From: Candidatus Melainabacteria bacterium 17Bon1m | GTDB lineage: Bacteria; Cyanobacteriota; Vampirovibrionia; Obscuribacterales; Obscuribacteraceae | Assembly (NCBI GenBank): GCA_032128875.1 | Contig: JAVLKG010000008.1 | Coordinates: forward strand, 160,001 to 224,000 | Reading direction: 5' to 3' | Length of the DNA: 64,000 nucleotides | In this document: positions 1 through 10,174 of the stretch, piece by piece | Layout: every line of letters begins with the position of its first letter | Numbering within the stretch: position 1 is the stretch's first letter | Program-made: the position numbers and the translations under genes | Notes under the pieces: model-generated | What the model was told of the DNA's origin: nothing | The model's input: the letters and a program-made list of their open reading frames with translations, nothing else | Database searches by the model: none

Positions 1-736
1 TCTTCTCGAAGTTCGCCATATCTAGTTTGAAATGCGCCAGTTCATCAGGATTGGAAATCGTTCGTTCGGCACTCTCTGTCAATCGCTTCTTGGCCGCATC
101 CAAATCGAGTTTGACACCATCACCAGCCCGCCCCAGGAGTTTTTCTGCAACATCAATCGACGCATCAATTGGGCGACTTTCAATCGCACTTTGAGGTAAC
201 GGGGCTGGCATCTCGAATTTCTGCAAGGCTGGCGGAACCGGCGATGGGACAGACTTTAGGATCTCAGGGGCAATTGGAGATGGCGCTTGAAGAGGCGGAA
301 GCGGTTTGTAGATTGGAGTCGGAACTGGAATGTTCGATTCAGAAGTCGACGCGGCTTGACCACCAGCGCTGGTAATTTCATGCGAAGTCGGCGCTTCCAT
401 CAATCTATAATCAGGCCGGTCATTCTGAACCCGCGCTCGCTCATTCGGCGTCAACTTTGTGGTTTTATCGATTATCTGTTCTTGTCCGTCCTGGTACGCG
501 ACCAATTGAATGCTCGTCTTAATGGGCGTGTCTGCAGCCTTCGGAAGATCGACATACTTCGATAGCGAACCGTCACTAGAATTTGTTCTGACACTCTCAA
601 CTGACTGCATATCTTGCGCGCTCGCATTGCGCGAGGCTGCAACATCTGAACTTTCCAGATTAGCCTTTTCGCCAATTTTGCTGCCCTCGGCAACCTTATC
701 GCTTCCGCCAGAGGGTTGGTCATTGCCACCAGTCAA
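1..736 (-). CDS. Hypothetical protein, N-terminal part (runs off the window start); Pro-rich linker
   Basis: Manually translated open minus frame from TTG at 736 (GAGGA RBS upstream) to position 1 with no stop: LTGGNDQPSGG...PVPTPIYKPLPPLQAPSP...HFKLDMANFEK. Absent from the ORF track because it lacks a stop in the window. Confidence 0.7.
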   Translation of the reverse strand, partial: MTGGNDQPSGGSDKVAEGSKIGEKANLESSDVAASRNASAQDMQSVESVRTNSSDGSLSKYVDLPKAADTPIKTSIQLVAYQDGQEQIIDKTTKLTPNERARVQNDRPDYRLMEAPTSHEITSAGGQAASTSESNIPVPTPIYKPLPPLQAPSPIAPEILKSVPSPVPPALQKFEMPAPLPQSAIESRPIDASIDVAEKLLGRAGDGVKLDLDAAKKRLTESAERTISNPDELAHFKLDMANFEK

Positions 737-918
737 ACTTCGTTCCTCTCAAAGCTTTCTATAAAGTAGAACTTGCCATAAATAAGCTACTTCAAACCAT
801 GTTGAATTGCACACAAATAGCGGTTTTACTACATTGTTTAGTTGTACAACGACCAAGAAGAACAAACTGGAAGAAAGCAGATGATAGGCTTCCTTCCAAT
901 TTGTTCTTTGTGTTTCAC

Positions 919-1185
919 TTATTTGAAGATGATGTCCATGAGCGCCTTGTGAGCCGCGAAGAACTCATCCTGAGCGTCAAGGTAGAGCTTGCGCGTTGAG
1001 CGGATAAGCTCTAGTGCTTCTGCCTTATCACGGCTGGACACGAAGCGCCTTGCGTTCAGTTCGAGCAGGTTGAGGCGGGCATAACGCATCGCATGCCACA
1101 TCCGGTTCATCGTGCGCTGCGCTGCGTAGAACCTCTTCAACGGGCTCAGCGGCTGCTTCTGCTGGACTGCCTCCATGTCGGACAT
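919..1185 (-). CDS. Small hypothetical helical protein
   Basis: ORF with GAGG RBS before ATG at 1185; downstream of and co-oriented with the HAD-like gene. Confidence 0.55.
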   Translation of the reverse strand: MSDMEAVQQKQPLSPLKRFYAAQRTMNRMWHAMRYARLNLLELNARRFVSSRDKAEALELIRSTRKLYLDAQDEFFAAHKALMDIIFK

Positions 1186-1346
1186 AGAGACCTCTGGGAA
1201 AAGGTGAATATGTGATTTCGAGACCACGCATGCTGAGGGACTTTCTCAGGTTTTTCCCTCAAGAGCGCACGCGCAGCGACGCTTCCATCCGCGCCGGCGG
1301 CTGTCCCCGAAGTGGGACAGCCGCATGTCGGAACATCAGAAACAGC

Positions 1347-1871
1347 TTACTGCGCCGCGAGCTTGGCGCGCACGGTGTCCAGCAACCCGGTCAGGGGTTC
1401 GCTGTCCTCGCCGGTCTTGTACGGCGCACACTGGATGCAGTGCCGCTCGACCAGCGCCTTGTACTTCGCTTCGCCCAGGGACTTCTTGCTGATGCCGAGC
1501 ATGGACAGCTTCTCCTCGAAGGAGGTCGTGCCGCCCTGCAGGTCATCGACGAGCACCCACTTCTCCGGAACCTCGATTGCGTCGCGGTTGTCTGCGCCGA
1601 TGAGGTCGTCGTACTGACGCCTCAAGCCGCCGAAGTTGAGGATGAGATGCTGCATGCGACTGTGGCCACCTGTGAGGATGACGATGTCGCATTCCTCTGC
1701 GGCGAGTGCCTCAAGGAAAGCAGCAGCGCTGGGACGAGCCTTGACGTGGTACCACTGGCCATCCCGTTCGAAGGCGCGGAAGCCCTCGGGAGCTTCTTCG
1801 CCACGATTTGCATAGCGAACTGAAATGACTGTGTCATTGCAGTCCACGAAAACAGTTTTTGGCGATTTCAT
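1347..1871 (-). CDS. HAD-superfamily, NIF/FCP1-like phosphatase homolog with atypical motif I
   Basis: VFVDCNDTV motif I, VKARPSAAAFLEAL, IVILTGG and VLVDD motifs. Confidence 0.6.
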   Translation of the reverse strand: MKSPKTVFVDCNDTVISVRYANRGEEAPEGFRAFERDGQWYHVKARPSAAAFLEALAAEECDIVILTGGHSRMQHLILNFGGLRRQYDDLIGADNRDAIEVPEKWVLVDDLQGGTTSFEEKLSMLGISKKSLGEAKYKALVERHCIQCAPYKTGEDSEPLTGLLDTVRAKLAAQ

Positions 1872-2363
1872 CGGGAGTTTCCTCGACATTTTTGGTTGAA
1901 CTTTCCGCACTGCCAAACCGCTTTGCGCAAGACCTGACCGCGTCTGCTTCCGACCAGCCAAAGGCGGGTAGGAAGTAGTTGGAAACGCGGTACTGGATAC
2001 GCTTAGTGGTTTTTGATTCAGAGCGAAAAGAGAAATTGAAAGATGTCTTTAGCCTGTCAAAACTAGTAGGCAATTGCCTATATCAACTTCTTTAATTTCC
2101 TCTTTGCAACCAAAGCTTTTGCCAGCCTGTTGGAGTTTTCACAATCATGCAGAGCTCGCATGAAGGTAGACTGATTTAAGCGAGCTCGCGCGAAGTTTTC
2201 AAAACAATGTGGAACGGCCGCTTGATCTGGACGCGATTGCGAAAGCAAACCAGAACGGCGAAAAGAGTTTCCAAAAAGCCGCAAGTGGCGAATGGCCAAA
2301 GCCAGTCACCACCTGCGGTGTCTCTCGTCGAGTAAACCAGTTGTATTTCGTTCGGAAGCCGGA

Positions 2364-2461
2364 AACAATGCCGGCTGGACGCCGGCGCTCCGGACGTTTG
2401 CTAACAATGCCGGCGAGCCGCCGGCGCTCCCAGAGCGGGCGACGCATGGCGTCGCCCCTAC
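2364..2461. repeat. Cluster of REP-like palindromes: two GCCGGC..GCCGGCGCTCC units and one GTAG-type half element
   Basis: AACAATGCCGGC(N5)GCCGGCGCTCC occurs twice; GGGCGACGCATGGCGTCGCCCCTAC at 2437-2461; located just 3' of the EamA gene. Confidence 0.7.
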
Positions 2462-2471
2462 AATCAAAAGA

Positions 2472-3464
2472 CTATGCAGAGCGCTTGGAGCCTGCAGATG
2501 CGAGTTCAATGGTCTGACAAACTTGCTTGCCGGTAGTCGCCTCCACGCGGCAGAGAGCGGGCGCTGGTTGTTCTTTCTTCTTGCCTGCTGTAATCAGCCA
2601 GACAGAAGCCAAAATAATTATCCCAGCGGCAACTGTTTGCGCGTTGATTGTTTCTCCTGCAAAAGCCCAGCCCAAGAAGATCGCCACAATCGGATTGACG
2701 TAAGCGTAGGTTGAAACTTTCGATGGGCTCACATGATTAAGCAACCACAGGTAAGACGAGTAGCCGACTATCGAGCCGAACACGATCAGGTATGCAACTG
2801 CAAGTACAGAGTTCATCGATACGTGCAAGTTTGCAATCTGCGAATGTTCACCCATGATCAGTGAAACGAGCCCCAATACTGCGCCGCCGCAGATCATCTG
2901 CATAGCGATGCCGACCATGAGCGAACTTGGTTTTTCCACCTTGCGAGAATAGATAGTGCCCACAGACCAGCTCAAGGAGCCAAACATCACACAGGCAATC
3001 CCGAACCAATTGATGCCGTTTGGAACCAAAAGATTCTGCGGTCCGATCAATGTGATGATGCCGAGAGTGCCCAGGATAAGCCCGCACACTTTGGTTTTTT
3101 CAATCTTCTCTTTGCGATTTTGCAGCCATTCGAGAATAGCTACGTAGACAGGAACCATCGCAATCAAGAGAGAAATATAGCCTGTCGAAATAGATTTGGT
3201 CGCCAAAACAACGCTGCCATTGCTCGCGGCAAGCAGCAAGGTTCCAATTACAAAAGCGGATACCCAGTGTTTTCTATTAGGGCGTTCGTGTCCGAGCAGC
3301 ATTAGCACGGCGAAGAAGCCCAAGCCTGCTGTAAGGAAACGCGCAGATGCCATCATGAACGGTGGCATAGTATCGATGGCAATTTTAATAGCGAGGTATG
3401 TAGAACCCCAGATTAAATAGATGCCGATGAATGCTAGTACGATTTTCAGTTTTGAGACTGCCAT
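2472..3464 (-). CDS. EamA/DMT family transporter (YedA-like)
   Basis: IYLIWGSTYLAIK, PPF..A..RF, YLIVFGSIVGY, STYAYVNPIVAIFLG motifs; about 10 TM segments. Confidence 0.93.
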   Translation of the reverse strand: MAVSKLKIVLAFIGIYLIWGSTYLAIKIAIDTMPPFMMASARFLTAGLGFFAVLMLLGHERPNRKHWVSAFVIGTLLLAASNGSVVLATKSISTGYISLLIAMVPVYVAILEWLQNRKEKIEKTKVCGLILGTLGIITLIGPQNLLVPNGINWFGIACVMFGSLSWSVGTIYSRKVEKPSSLMVGIAMQMICGGAVLGLVSLIMGEHSQIANLHVSMNSVLAVAYLIVFGSIVGYSSYLWLLNHVSPSKVSTYAYVNPIVAIFLGWAFAGETINAQTVAAGIIILASVWLITAGKKKEQPAPALCRVEATTGKQVCQTIELASAGSKRSA

Positions 3465-3722
3465 GATGCGTCTCCTTTCTATGAGGTTGCCTTCCGTAGT
3501 GCCTGCGGTATTTTGCAATTTCCGCCAGTTGGCAGCACTCCGGTTCTTGCTCCTTAAATCCAGCCAATCTCTTAAGCGAATCCAGCCAATCGACTAACGG
3601 ACTTAGGCAACAACTCCAACTCGCCTCATCGTACAACAGCCCCTTCTGGAATTTACCTAACGTGGTAAAATATAAAGCAAATACGAACAGCGTTAGTTTT
3701 CAATACACCTTCGGTGACTTGC

Positions 3723-4244
3723 ATGGACGACATTGACCTAAAGCTATTAGCCTCACTCAAAGAAGACGCTAAAAGAAAGTACTCCGACCTGGCAGATCTA
3801 TTGAATCTGTCGGCGCCTTCTGTACACGCCCGTGTAAAGAAGCTGGAGCAGCTCGGCGTAATACAGTCTTATACGATTAAGCTCAATCCTAAGTTATTAG
3901 GAGCTAAGCTAACAGCATTCGTCCGAGTCACAACCGAAGGTGTGGCGTGCATGGATATTCCCGCGTCATTTGAACCTTTCGCAGAAGTAGAAGAGCTGCA
4001 CTCGGTGGCGGGCGAAGAAAGTCTTTTGCTCAAGGTGCGCACCCGAGACACCGAGTCGCTGGACGTTTTCCTCGATCAGATCCGCAAGATTCCAGGCGTT
4101 CGCAAGACCGTAACCAGCATCGTGCTTGGCACTCGCATCGATCGGGGCACCGATCCGACGGCGTTTAACCCTTCATCTAATGGGAGCAACGGCGGCAATG
4201 GCTCAAACGGCGGCAGCAACGGGCACGGCGGCGTCGGCAAATAG
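3723..4244 (+). CDS. Lrp/AsnC family transcriptional regulator
   Basis: DDIDLKLL..L.EDA, LSAPSVHARVKKLE..GVI..Y HTH and AsnC C-terminal domain; divergent from EamA; alternative GTG start at 3714. Confidence 0.93.
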   Translation: MDDIDLKLLASLKEDAKRKYSDLADLLNLSAPSVHARVKKLEQLGVIQSYTIKLNPKLLGAKLTAFVRVTTEGVACMDIPASFEPFAEVEELHSVAGEESLLLKVRTRDTESLDVFLDQIRKIPGVRKTVTSIVLGTRIDRGTDPTAFNPSSNGSNGGNGSNGGSNGHGGVGK

Positions 4245-4602
4245 CTTATAAAAGCTTTGCTCTAACGAATATGTATCAGACCGTAGCGGGTACAATTTAT
4301 GCATGGTAGCCCGATCCATGTTCTAGCTACCCCTTTTTGATCAGGCTCGTCGGCAAGACACTGTAAGGTTGGTTTGTCAAAAATGTCGTTTGCAAACAAC
4401 AAGCACCAAATGCAGTATCTATTTCCGCTTCAACCGGGAGCGCCGGCAACTCTTACAGTGCCAGCATTCCCTCAGGTTTCGCTAACCAGCCTGACCGACA
4501 GTATTTGCATTGACTTGTTCTCCCAGTTTACTCAGGATTCACCGGATACCTCCACCGTGGCGGCAAACTCATATAGCCCAAACCCGGCGGCGGAAGAGAA
4601 TT

Positions 4603-7026
4603 ATGAATGAGCGCTGGCGAATTCTCATACTCGAAGATAGCCCGGACGATGTAAATCGCATCACAGAAGAACTCAATCGCGCCGGCATAGATTTCATGGC
4701 GCGAGTCGCTTCGAGCCGGATGCAGTTCGAGCAAGTGCTGGAAGACTTCGTCCCTGACTTAGTTTTATCCAAGTTCACTCTGCCAGGTATCAATTGCTAT
4801 GACGCCTTGCATCACGTGCGCAAAATTCACAGCGCTCTGCCCTTCATTGTCGTTTCCGATCCTGTCGGCGAAGACGCAGCGACCGCAACAATCAGACAAG
4901 GCGCAAACGATTTCGTCTTAAAAGGAAGGCTGGCAGGTCTCTCACAGTCAGTGGAATCGGCATTGACTGCATTCGAAGACCAGCTCGAACGCGAGCAAGA
5001 CAACGCGCTTGCATACAGCCGTTTGCGCACAATGCAAAGGCCGCATACGCTGACGCGCGAAAAGCCCATGGTGGGCGAACATATTCGTGTTCTGGTTTTA
5101 GAAGATGAGCAAGTCGATTTAATCGCGCTGGAAAACGAACTCGACAAAATCGACGCGTCATCGACTTTGCTGGCAGTTAGCAATCGAAATGATTTCCTGC
5201 GGGCACTAATGGATTTTGAACCGCAAATAATTATTTCCGACTATGCACTGCCAGGATTCGACGGCATTTCCGCACTGGGTTTGAGAAACGAAATCTGTCC
5301 CGAAGTACCTTTTATTCTGACCTCCGGCATTCTGGATGAAGAAATCGGCATGGAAGCGCTAAAACACGGCGTTACCGATTACGTGCAAAAGGGTCCGCGC
5401 AGCCGTATTCACTTTGCAGTAGAGCGCGCACTTTCGGAAGCCGGCGCCCGAGCCGATAGAGCGTTAGCCGAAAGCAACTTAAAACGATCTGAATTGATGT
5501 TTCGCCAGTTGGCCGAAAACCTCGGCGCCGCGCTCTGGATCGCATCACAAGACTTGAGCAAATTGTTTTACGTCAATCGCGCCTACGAGCGCATTTGGGG
5601 ACAGTCCGCAGACACGCTATATAGAAAACCGCTGGCATTCCTGGACCCTATTCACCCTGATGACAAAGCGAAAGTGACCCGAGCGCTTTCTGCTGCAACA
5701 GGCGACAACATCGACGAGCACGTGCGCATCTTGCGCCCCGACGGTGACGTCACCTGGGTGTGGATACGGACATTTCCAATCTCTTCATCCGGGCATCAGC
5801 TCAATCGCACCTGCGGTTTGGCACAAGACATCACTGAGTGGAAACGCGCCCAGCTTGAGGCGAAAGAATCGCAAGAGAAAGAAAAGGCTTTGTTGGAACG
5901 CTTGCAATTGCAGATGGAACGCATGCCTTGTGCGTGCATTCTGCAAGACGCAGACTTCAACATCATCTACTGGAACCCGGTTGCAGCAAAGATCTTCGGC
6001 TACACTGCCGATGAAGCGGTGGGCAAACATCCCAGTGATTTGATCATCCCGCATGGACAGGTCGACTACGTCACCAACGAGATTTTCACCCGCCTGAGAG
6101 AAGGCGACATGACCGTCAACGGTGAAGCCGACAATCTCACCAAGGACGGACGAACCATTCGCTGCAACTGGCTCAACACGCCACTTTTGTCACCCGACGG
6201 CAGCTTCAGCGGCACTATGTCGATGGTTCAAGACATCACTGAAAAGGCGCGCGAAGAAGAGCAATTACGCGCATCAGAAGCGAATTACAGAGAAATCTTT
6301 GACGCGCTGAACGACTGCATCTTCGTACACGAACTGGAGACAGGCAGGATATTACACGTCAACAAACGAGCCGAAGACCTTTACGGTTACTCGCGCGAAG
6401 AGATGTGCAAACTCAATATAGGTGTCGTAAGCTTTGGCGAACCTCCCTACACGCAGGAAGGCGCCGAAGAAAAAATACGACTGGCAAGAGACGAAGGACC
6501 GCAAGTTTTTGAATGGCTCTCGCGAAGTCGTGACGGCAAGCTGATTTGGGTTGAAGTCCACCTGGCAAAAGTCAGCCTTGTTGGCGTCGACCGCATCCTT
6601 GCTATCGTGCGAAACATTGATAAACGCAAGCGCGAACAAATGTTGATCGAAGACAGCGAAAAGATAAAAACGCAAATGATCGAAAATGCGCAAAACGCAG
6701 TTTTCGCTTTTGACGATAAATTAGTGGTGAATTTGTGGAATCCGAAAGCAGTCGATCTGTTCGGAATTTCTCGCGAGAAGGCGATTGGAGCGAAGATTCC
6801 ATCGCTAATCGTAGCGCCGGAAAATCGTGCGGCATTTGAAGAATTGCTTTTGAAGTTTGTCAAAAACCAAGATCAAGCAACTCAAAACAAGTTGTCCAAG
6901 CTGACTGCGCAGAACAAGAAGAAAGAAGAGCTGCAATTGAAGATGCATATCTTCGCCGCGACATCGGGCGAAACCAGCGTCTATTGCGTCATCATCGCTA
7001 ACACTGCAGTTCTGCTGAACTGGTAA
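4603..7026 (+). CDS. Signal transduction protein: two receiver domains plus four PAS/PAC domains, no output domain
   Basis: RILILED and RVLVLED receiver starts; repeated N.AY..I.G / QDITE / NIDKRK PAS-PAC motifs; no H-box or GGDEF. Confidence 0.85.
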   Translation: MNERWRILILEDSPDDVNRITEELNRAGIDFMARVASSRMQFEQVLEDFVPDLVLSKFTLPGINCYDALHHVRKIHSALPFIVVSDPVGEDAATATIRQGANDFVLKGRLAGLSQSVESALTAFEDQLEREQDNALAYSRLRTMQRPHTLTREKPMVGEHIRVLVLEDEQVDLIALENELDKIDASSTLLAVSNRNDFLRALMDFEPQIIISDYALPGFDGISALGLRNEICPEVPFILTSGILDEEIGMEALKHGVTDYVQKGPRSRIHFAVERALSEAGARADRALAESNLKRSELMFRQLAENLGAALWIASQDLSKLFYVNRAYERIWGQSADTLYRKPLAFLDPIHPDDKAKVTRALSAATGDNIDEHVRILRPDGDVTWVWIRTFPISSSGHQLNRTCGLAQDITEWKRAQLEAKESQEKEKALLERLQLQMERMPCACILQDADFNIIYWNPVAAKIFGYTADEAVGKHPSDLIIPHGQVDYVTNEIFTRLREGDMTVNGEADNLTKDGRTIRCNWLNTPLLSPDGSFSGTMSMVQDITEKAREEEQLRASEANYREIFDALNDCIFVHELETGRILHVNKRAEDLYGYSREEMCKLNIGVVSFGEPPYTQEGAEEKIRLARDEGPQVFEWLSRSRDGKLIWVEVHLAKVSLVGVDRILAIVRNIDKRKREQMLIEDSEKIKTQMIENAQNAVFAFDDKLVVNLWNPKAVDLFGISREKAIGAKIPSLIVAPENRAAFEELLLKFVKNQDQATQNKLSKLTAQNKKKEELQLKMHIFAATSGETSVYCVIIANTAVLLNW

Positions 7027-7060
7027 CGGACAGAGCGCAATCGTTTACCAGCGTAGACAG

Positions 7061-7387
7061 TTACTCAATTTCAAATTCCTTTAGAACTAAAATCAAAATT
7101 GTTGAACGTCCTTGAAATTCAATCGGCTGATACAAATAAATCAAGTTGCCGTCGAGACTTTCAATTTCAGCGTGCTGCAAATGGGGCTGGCATCGGTTTG
7201 CATAGAATTGCATTCCCACCTCAGCCGCCCTCTCAGAAACACGAGTATCAAGGTGTACTCGATCAAGCCAGTCTCCAAATTCAAATTCTTTTCCATGAAC
7301 TGCACTATCATAGCCAGCAAAATGAGGACCTCGTCCTAGATTTACTCTGACAGTTTTACCAGCCATTGAATGTGACGAAGAATGCAT
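7061..7387 (-). CDS. Hypothetical protein
   Basis: 108-aa ORF with AGAGG RBS. Confidence 0.55.
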   Translation of the reverse strand: MHSSSHSMAGKTVRVNLGRGPHFAGYDSAVHGKEFEFGDWLDRVHLDTRVSERAAEVGMQFYANRCQPHLQHAEIESLDGNLIYLYQPIEFQGRSTILILVLKEFEIE

Positions 7388-7552
7388 GATAGTGCCTCTC
7401 TTTCACTAATGAAGCGCCATTCCGATTATAGCCAGATACGACAACCCCGCTCTGCGACTATCTATAGTACAATTTTGTCAAAAAGAAGATCACCGTGCAA
7501 TCCAGCTGTGAAGCCAAATTGCACGGTGACAAAAGTTCTTCTTCAGTCCGAC

Positions 7553-8278
7553 TTAACGCGGAGTCCTGTTGCGCCACAGCACCCCAGGAATGGACCCAGC
7601 AGCGAAAGCCGCATGGATACCTGGAATCAGAAGGAGGATGCCGAACTGCCAGAAGCAGAGCAGCGTCGCCACCACTGCCAGCCCCCACATCATGTAGAGA
7701 CCGAAATATCCAGAGCCTAGCGGAATGAAGAGCAGCTGCGCTTTGGCTTGCTGAACTTCAATCTTGCTGTTCTTCTCCGATAGCACGTTGATCGCGAACC
7801 CGGACGCCGCAAAGCAGAGAGCCGAGTAGAAGAGCGCCGCGTGCTGTGCGATGGAGCCGGCTTCCAACGTGGAAGGAACCCACAGAAGCGACAACGCCGC
7901 AAGGAAGAAGAAGTACACAGAGAGGCCCAGACCATCGTAGGTGGGAGCGGCAGGCTCGGGAGTCTCGTTGCCGAATGCGATTGAATCGATTTCGGCTCGC
8001 TTGAACGGCCGCTTCGTAACACGCACGGTAACCGGGTCGGCGCCGTACGACAGGCTCGAAGCACGCGCATGCGAAATCTCGGTGAGAATTTCCCCGTGAC
8101 CCGGTACCTCCACGAAGACCAGGGCGTAGCGCCGTGGTTGCTCGAACACGGTCCGCGTGTAAGAGCGACAGGTAGCAGCGCCCTCATAGAGCACTTGCTT
8201 GCCAGAAAAGAAGAAGACAGAGAGGAGAATCGGCGCCGCGAAGGCGACCAGACCTCCGAAAACGAATGCGATACTCAT
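7553..8278 (-). CDS. Hypothetical membrane protein
   Basis: About 5 hydrophobic segments; start placed after the hairpin at 8301-8333. Confidence 0.7.
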   Translation of the reverse strand: MSIAFVFGGLVAFAAPILLSVFFFSGKQVLYEGAATCRSYTRTVFEQPRRYALVFVEVPGHGEILTEISHARASSLSYGADPVTVRVTKRPFKRAEIDSIAFGNETPEPAAPTYDGLGLSVYFFFLAALSLLWVPSTLEAGSIAQHAALFYSALCFAASGFAINVLSEKNSKIEVQQAKAQLLFIPLGSGYFGLYMMWGLAVVATLLCFWQFGILLLIPGIHAAFAAGSIPGVLWRNRTPR

Positions 8279-8379
8279 GATTTTTCTTACCCCAGGCTTA
8301 CTGCAGGGAGCCAGCAACGCCGACTCCCTGCAGGTTTTGGTGCAACTCAGGTGTGGTTATCTAGCCTGAGCCAGAGCGC

Positions 8380-9459
8380 TTAGTCGCGCCCGGGCAGCCG
8401 ATCGCGCAGCGAAGCCGGCACCAGCGATAGAACGAAACCGTCGATGGCCGCTTGCTTCTTGTGATAGAACACGCCGGCAGCAATCATGAGAATGCCGAAG
8501 CCGGTGAGGAAGAACGGGAAGAGGATCGAGCCGGCGAAGAGCGTGAACATCAAGTGCCCCGCGTAATACAGCACGCCGAGCGAGCCGTACACGAGGAAGA
8601 CGCGACGCGAGAGGAGCACCGACGTGATCATCAACCCTACGTTGACGAGCGCGTAGACGGCCTTACCGAGCTCATTGCCAGAGTCCATCAGTGACAGCGA
8701 AAACCAGAACGCGCTCACACCGAACAGGTAGAGCCAGAACGAGTAATCGCCTTCACGCTTGCCGTCGACCAGAAGGCCGACGAAGGTGATGCCGAGGCCG
8801 AAGAGCAAGGTTACGGTGAGCTGCTGGTTCCAGAGCCCGAAGAACGAACCCTGCCCCTGGAAGAGGAAGTCCACCGCCGTCAGCGACATCAGCCACAGCG
8901 AAGCGGCGATAGGCGCAGTCAGGAACGGGAACTTGAAGAAGCGCAGCGCCGCGAGTGCGGAGACGACTGTCACACCTTCCAGCAAGAACTGGAAGCTGTG
9001 ATTGCTCATATAAGTCGAGAGCGGGTAGCCCAACGTCTCGGCCAGCGAGCCGAAGGCTACGGGGACCATTGTCACCGCCAAAGTGACGAGCAAGCCGCCC
9101 GGCACTTTGAGGTTCTGTCCAAACCAGAGGCGAGCGCCTCCGAACAAGAACGCCGCCGAATAGGCGACCGACGTCGCGAGAACGGCGGGTGCGCCGTAGC
9201 GCGAACCCATTTCCGCACCGAACCAACCCATGGCGATCATCACGAGGACGGCGCCGGCATACCAGAAGAGATGCGCGAAATCGAACTGCGGACGCTCAGC
9301 GTGCCGCGCTTGAAGCGCATCCCAGAGAGCACCGGCTTGCGGCTGAGAGATCAGCCCTTCGCCAGCAGCCCAATCAAGATCACCCTTGTCGACGGTCAAA
9401 GAGCGGCGAGACTTCTTTGAGGCGACGGGATTCTCTACGACTACTTTCGGTCGTTGCAT
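8380..9459 (-). CDS. DUF2157-like polytopic membrane protein
   Basis: L..A..EGLIS..QA..LW N-terminus, F....L.WY.GA, DYSFWLYLFG, many TM helices; alternative start at 9471. Confidence 0.8.
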   Translation of the reverse strand: MQRPKVVVENPVASKKSRRSLTVDKGDLDWAAGEGLISQPQAGALWDALQARHAERPQFDFAHLFWYAGAVLVMIAMGWFGAEMGSRYGAPAVLATSVAYSAAFLFGGARLWFGQNLKVPGGLLVTLAVTMVPVAFGSLAETLGYPLSTYMSNHSFQFLLEGVTVVSALAALRFFKFPFLTAPIAASLWLMSLTAVDFLFQGQGSFFGLWNQQLTVTLLFGLGITFVGLLVDGKREGDYSFWLYLFGVSAFWFSLSLMDSGNELGKAVYALVNVGLMITSVLLSRRVFLVYGSLGVLYYAGHLMFTLFAGSILFPFFLTGFGILMIAAGVFYHKKQAAIDGFVLSLVPASLRDRLPGRD

Positions 9460-10174
9460 GGAAAACTCCATTTGCAGCTTCCCGTGTTCAGTTATGAGTG
9501 CCTAAAACTCCCCGCACGAATATATTTCGCGTGGTTCTCCCGGGAAGCCGAAGAGGTGGGGATGTTCAGTTGAAACTTAGTGTTCTAGGCACCGGGTGTA
9601 TTTGGAGAAAAGGAGGAACTATAACAATCAACAAAACAGGCTTCTTGATCAAGTAACGTGTACGGACCTTGGCTTAGATCTCAGGAAGAAACGAACTATA
9701 AGCACTTAAAGACCTAGCCAAGCCGCGCCACCAAATGACAACCGGCGCCGCACAAAGCCAGCTTTGGCTTTGGTTCTTAAGAACAACTACCTCACAAACC
9801 CTCCTTGACATCAGCCTCGCGCCGGGCTGTCTAAATTTGCCTCCTTCCATCTACTCCGAAAAAACCTGCTTTTTCGGAGTAGATGGAGATTGGATTTTTT
9901 CGGCACCCGTGGCGCTTTGCGAAACTGCAGTCAATCTAAGACACTTTCTGGAATTTTTGTGTTGCCAGCCTGTGGCGCTTTCAAGCCTCGCATTCACTCC
10001 GAAAAGTCGGAGAATTTCGGAGTGGATGGGAAGTCCAATTTTTAAAGCCCCGAGGCTGTTCAAAAAAGTCAGCCCAATGACACCAGGCGCACGAGCCACG
10101 CCATCACTACGCCACCATATGCGCCACCACAACGCAAGCACTCAAATTCATCGGCATGGTTGCAAGTCTAAGTT

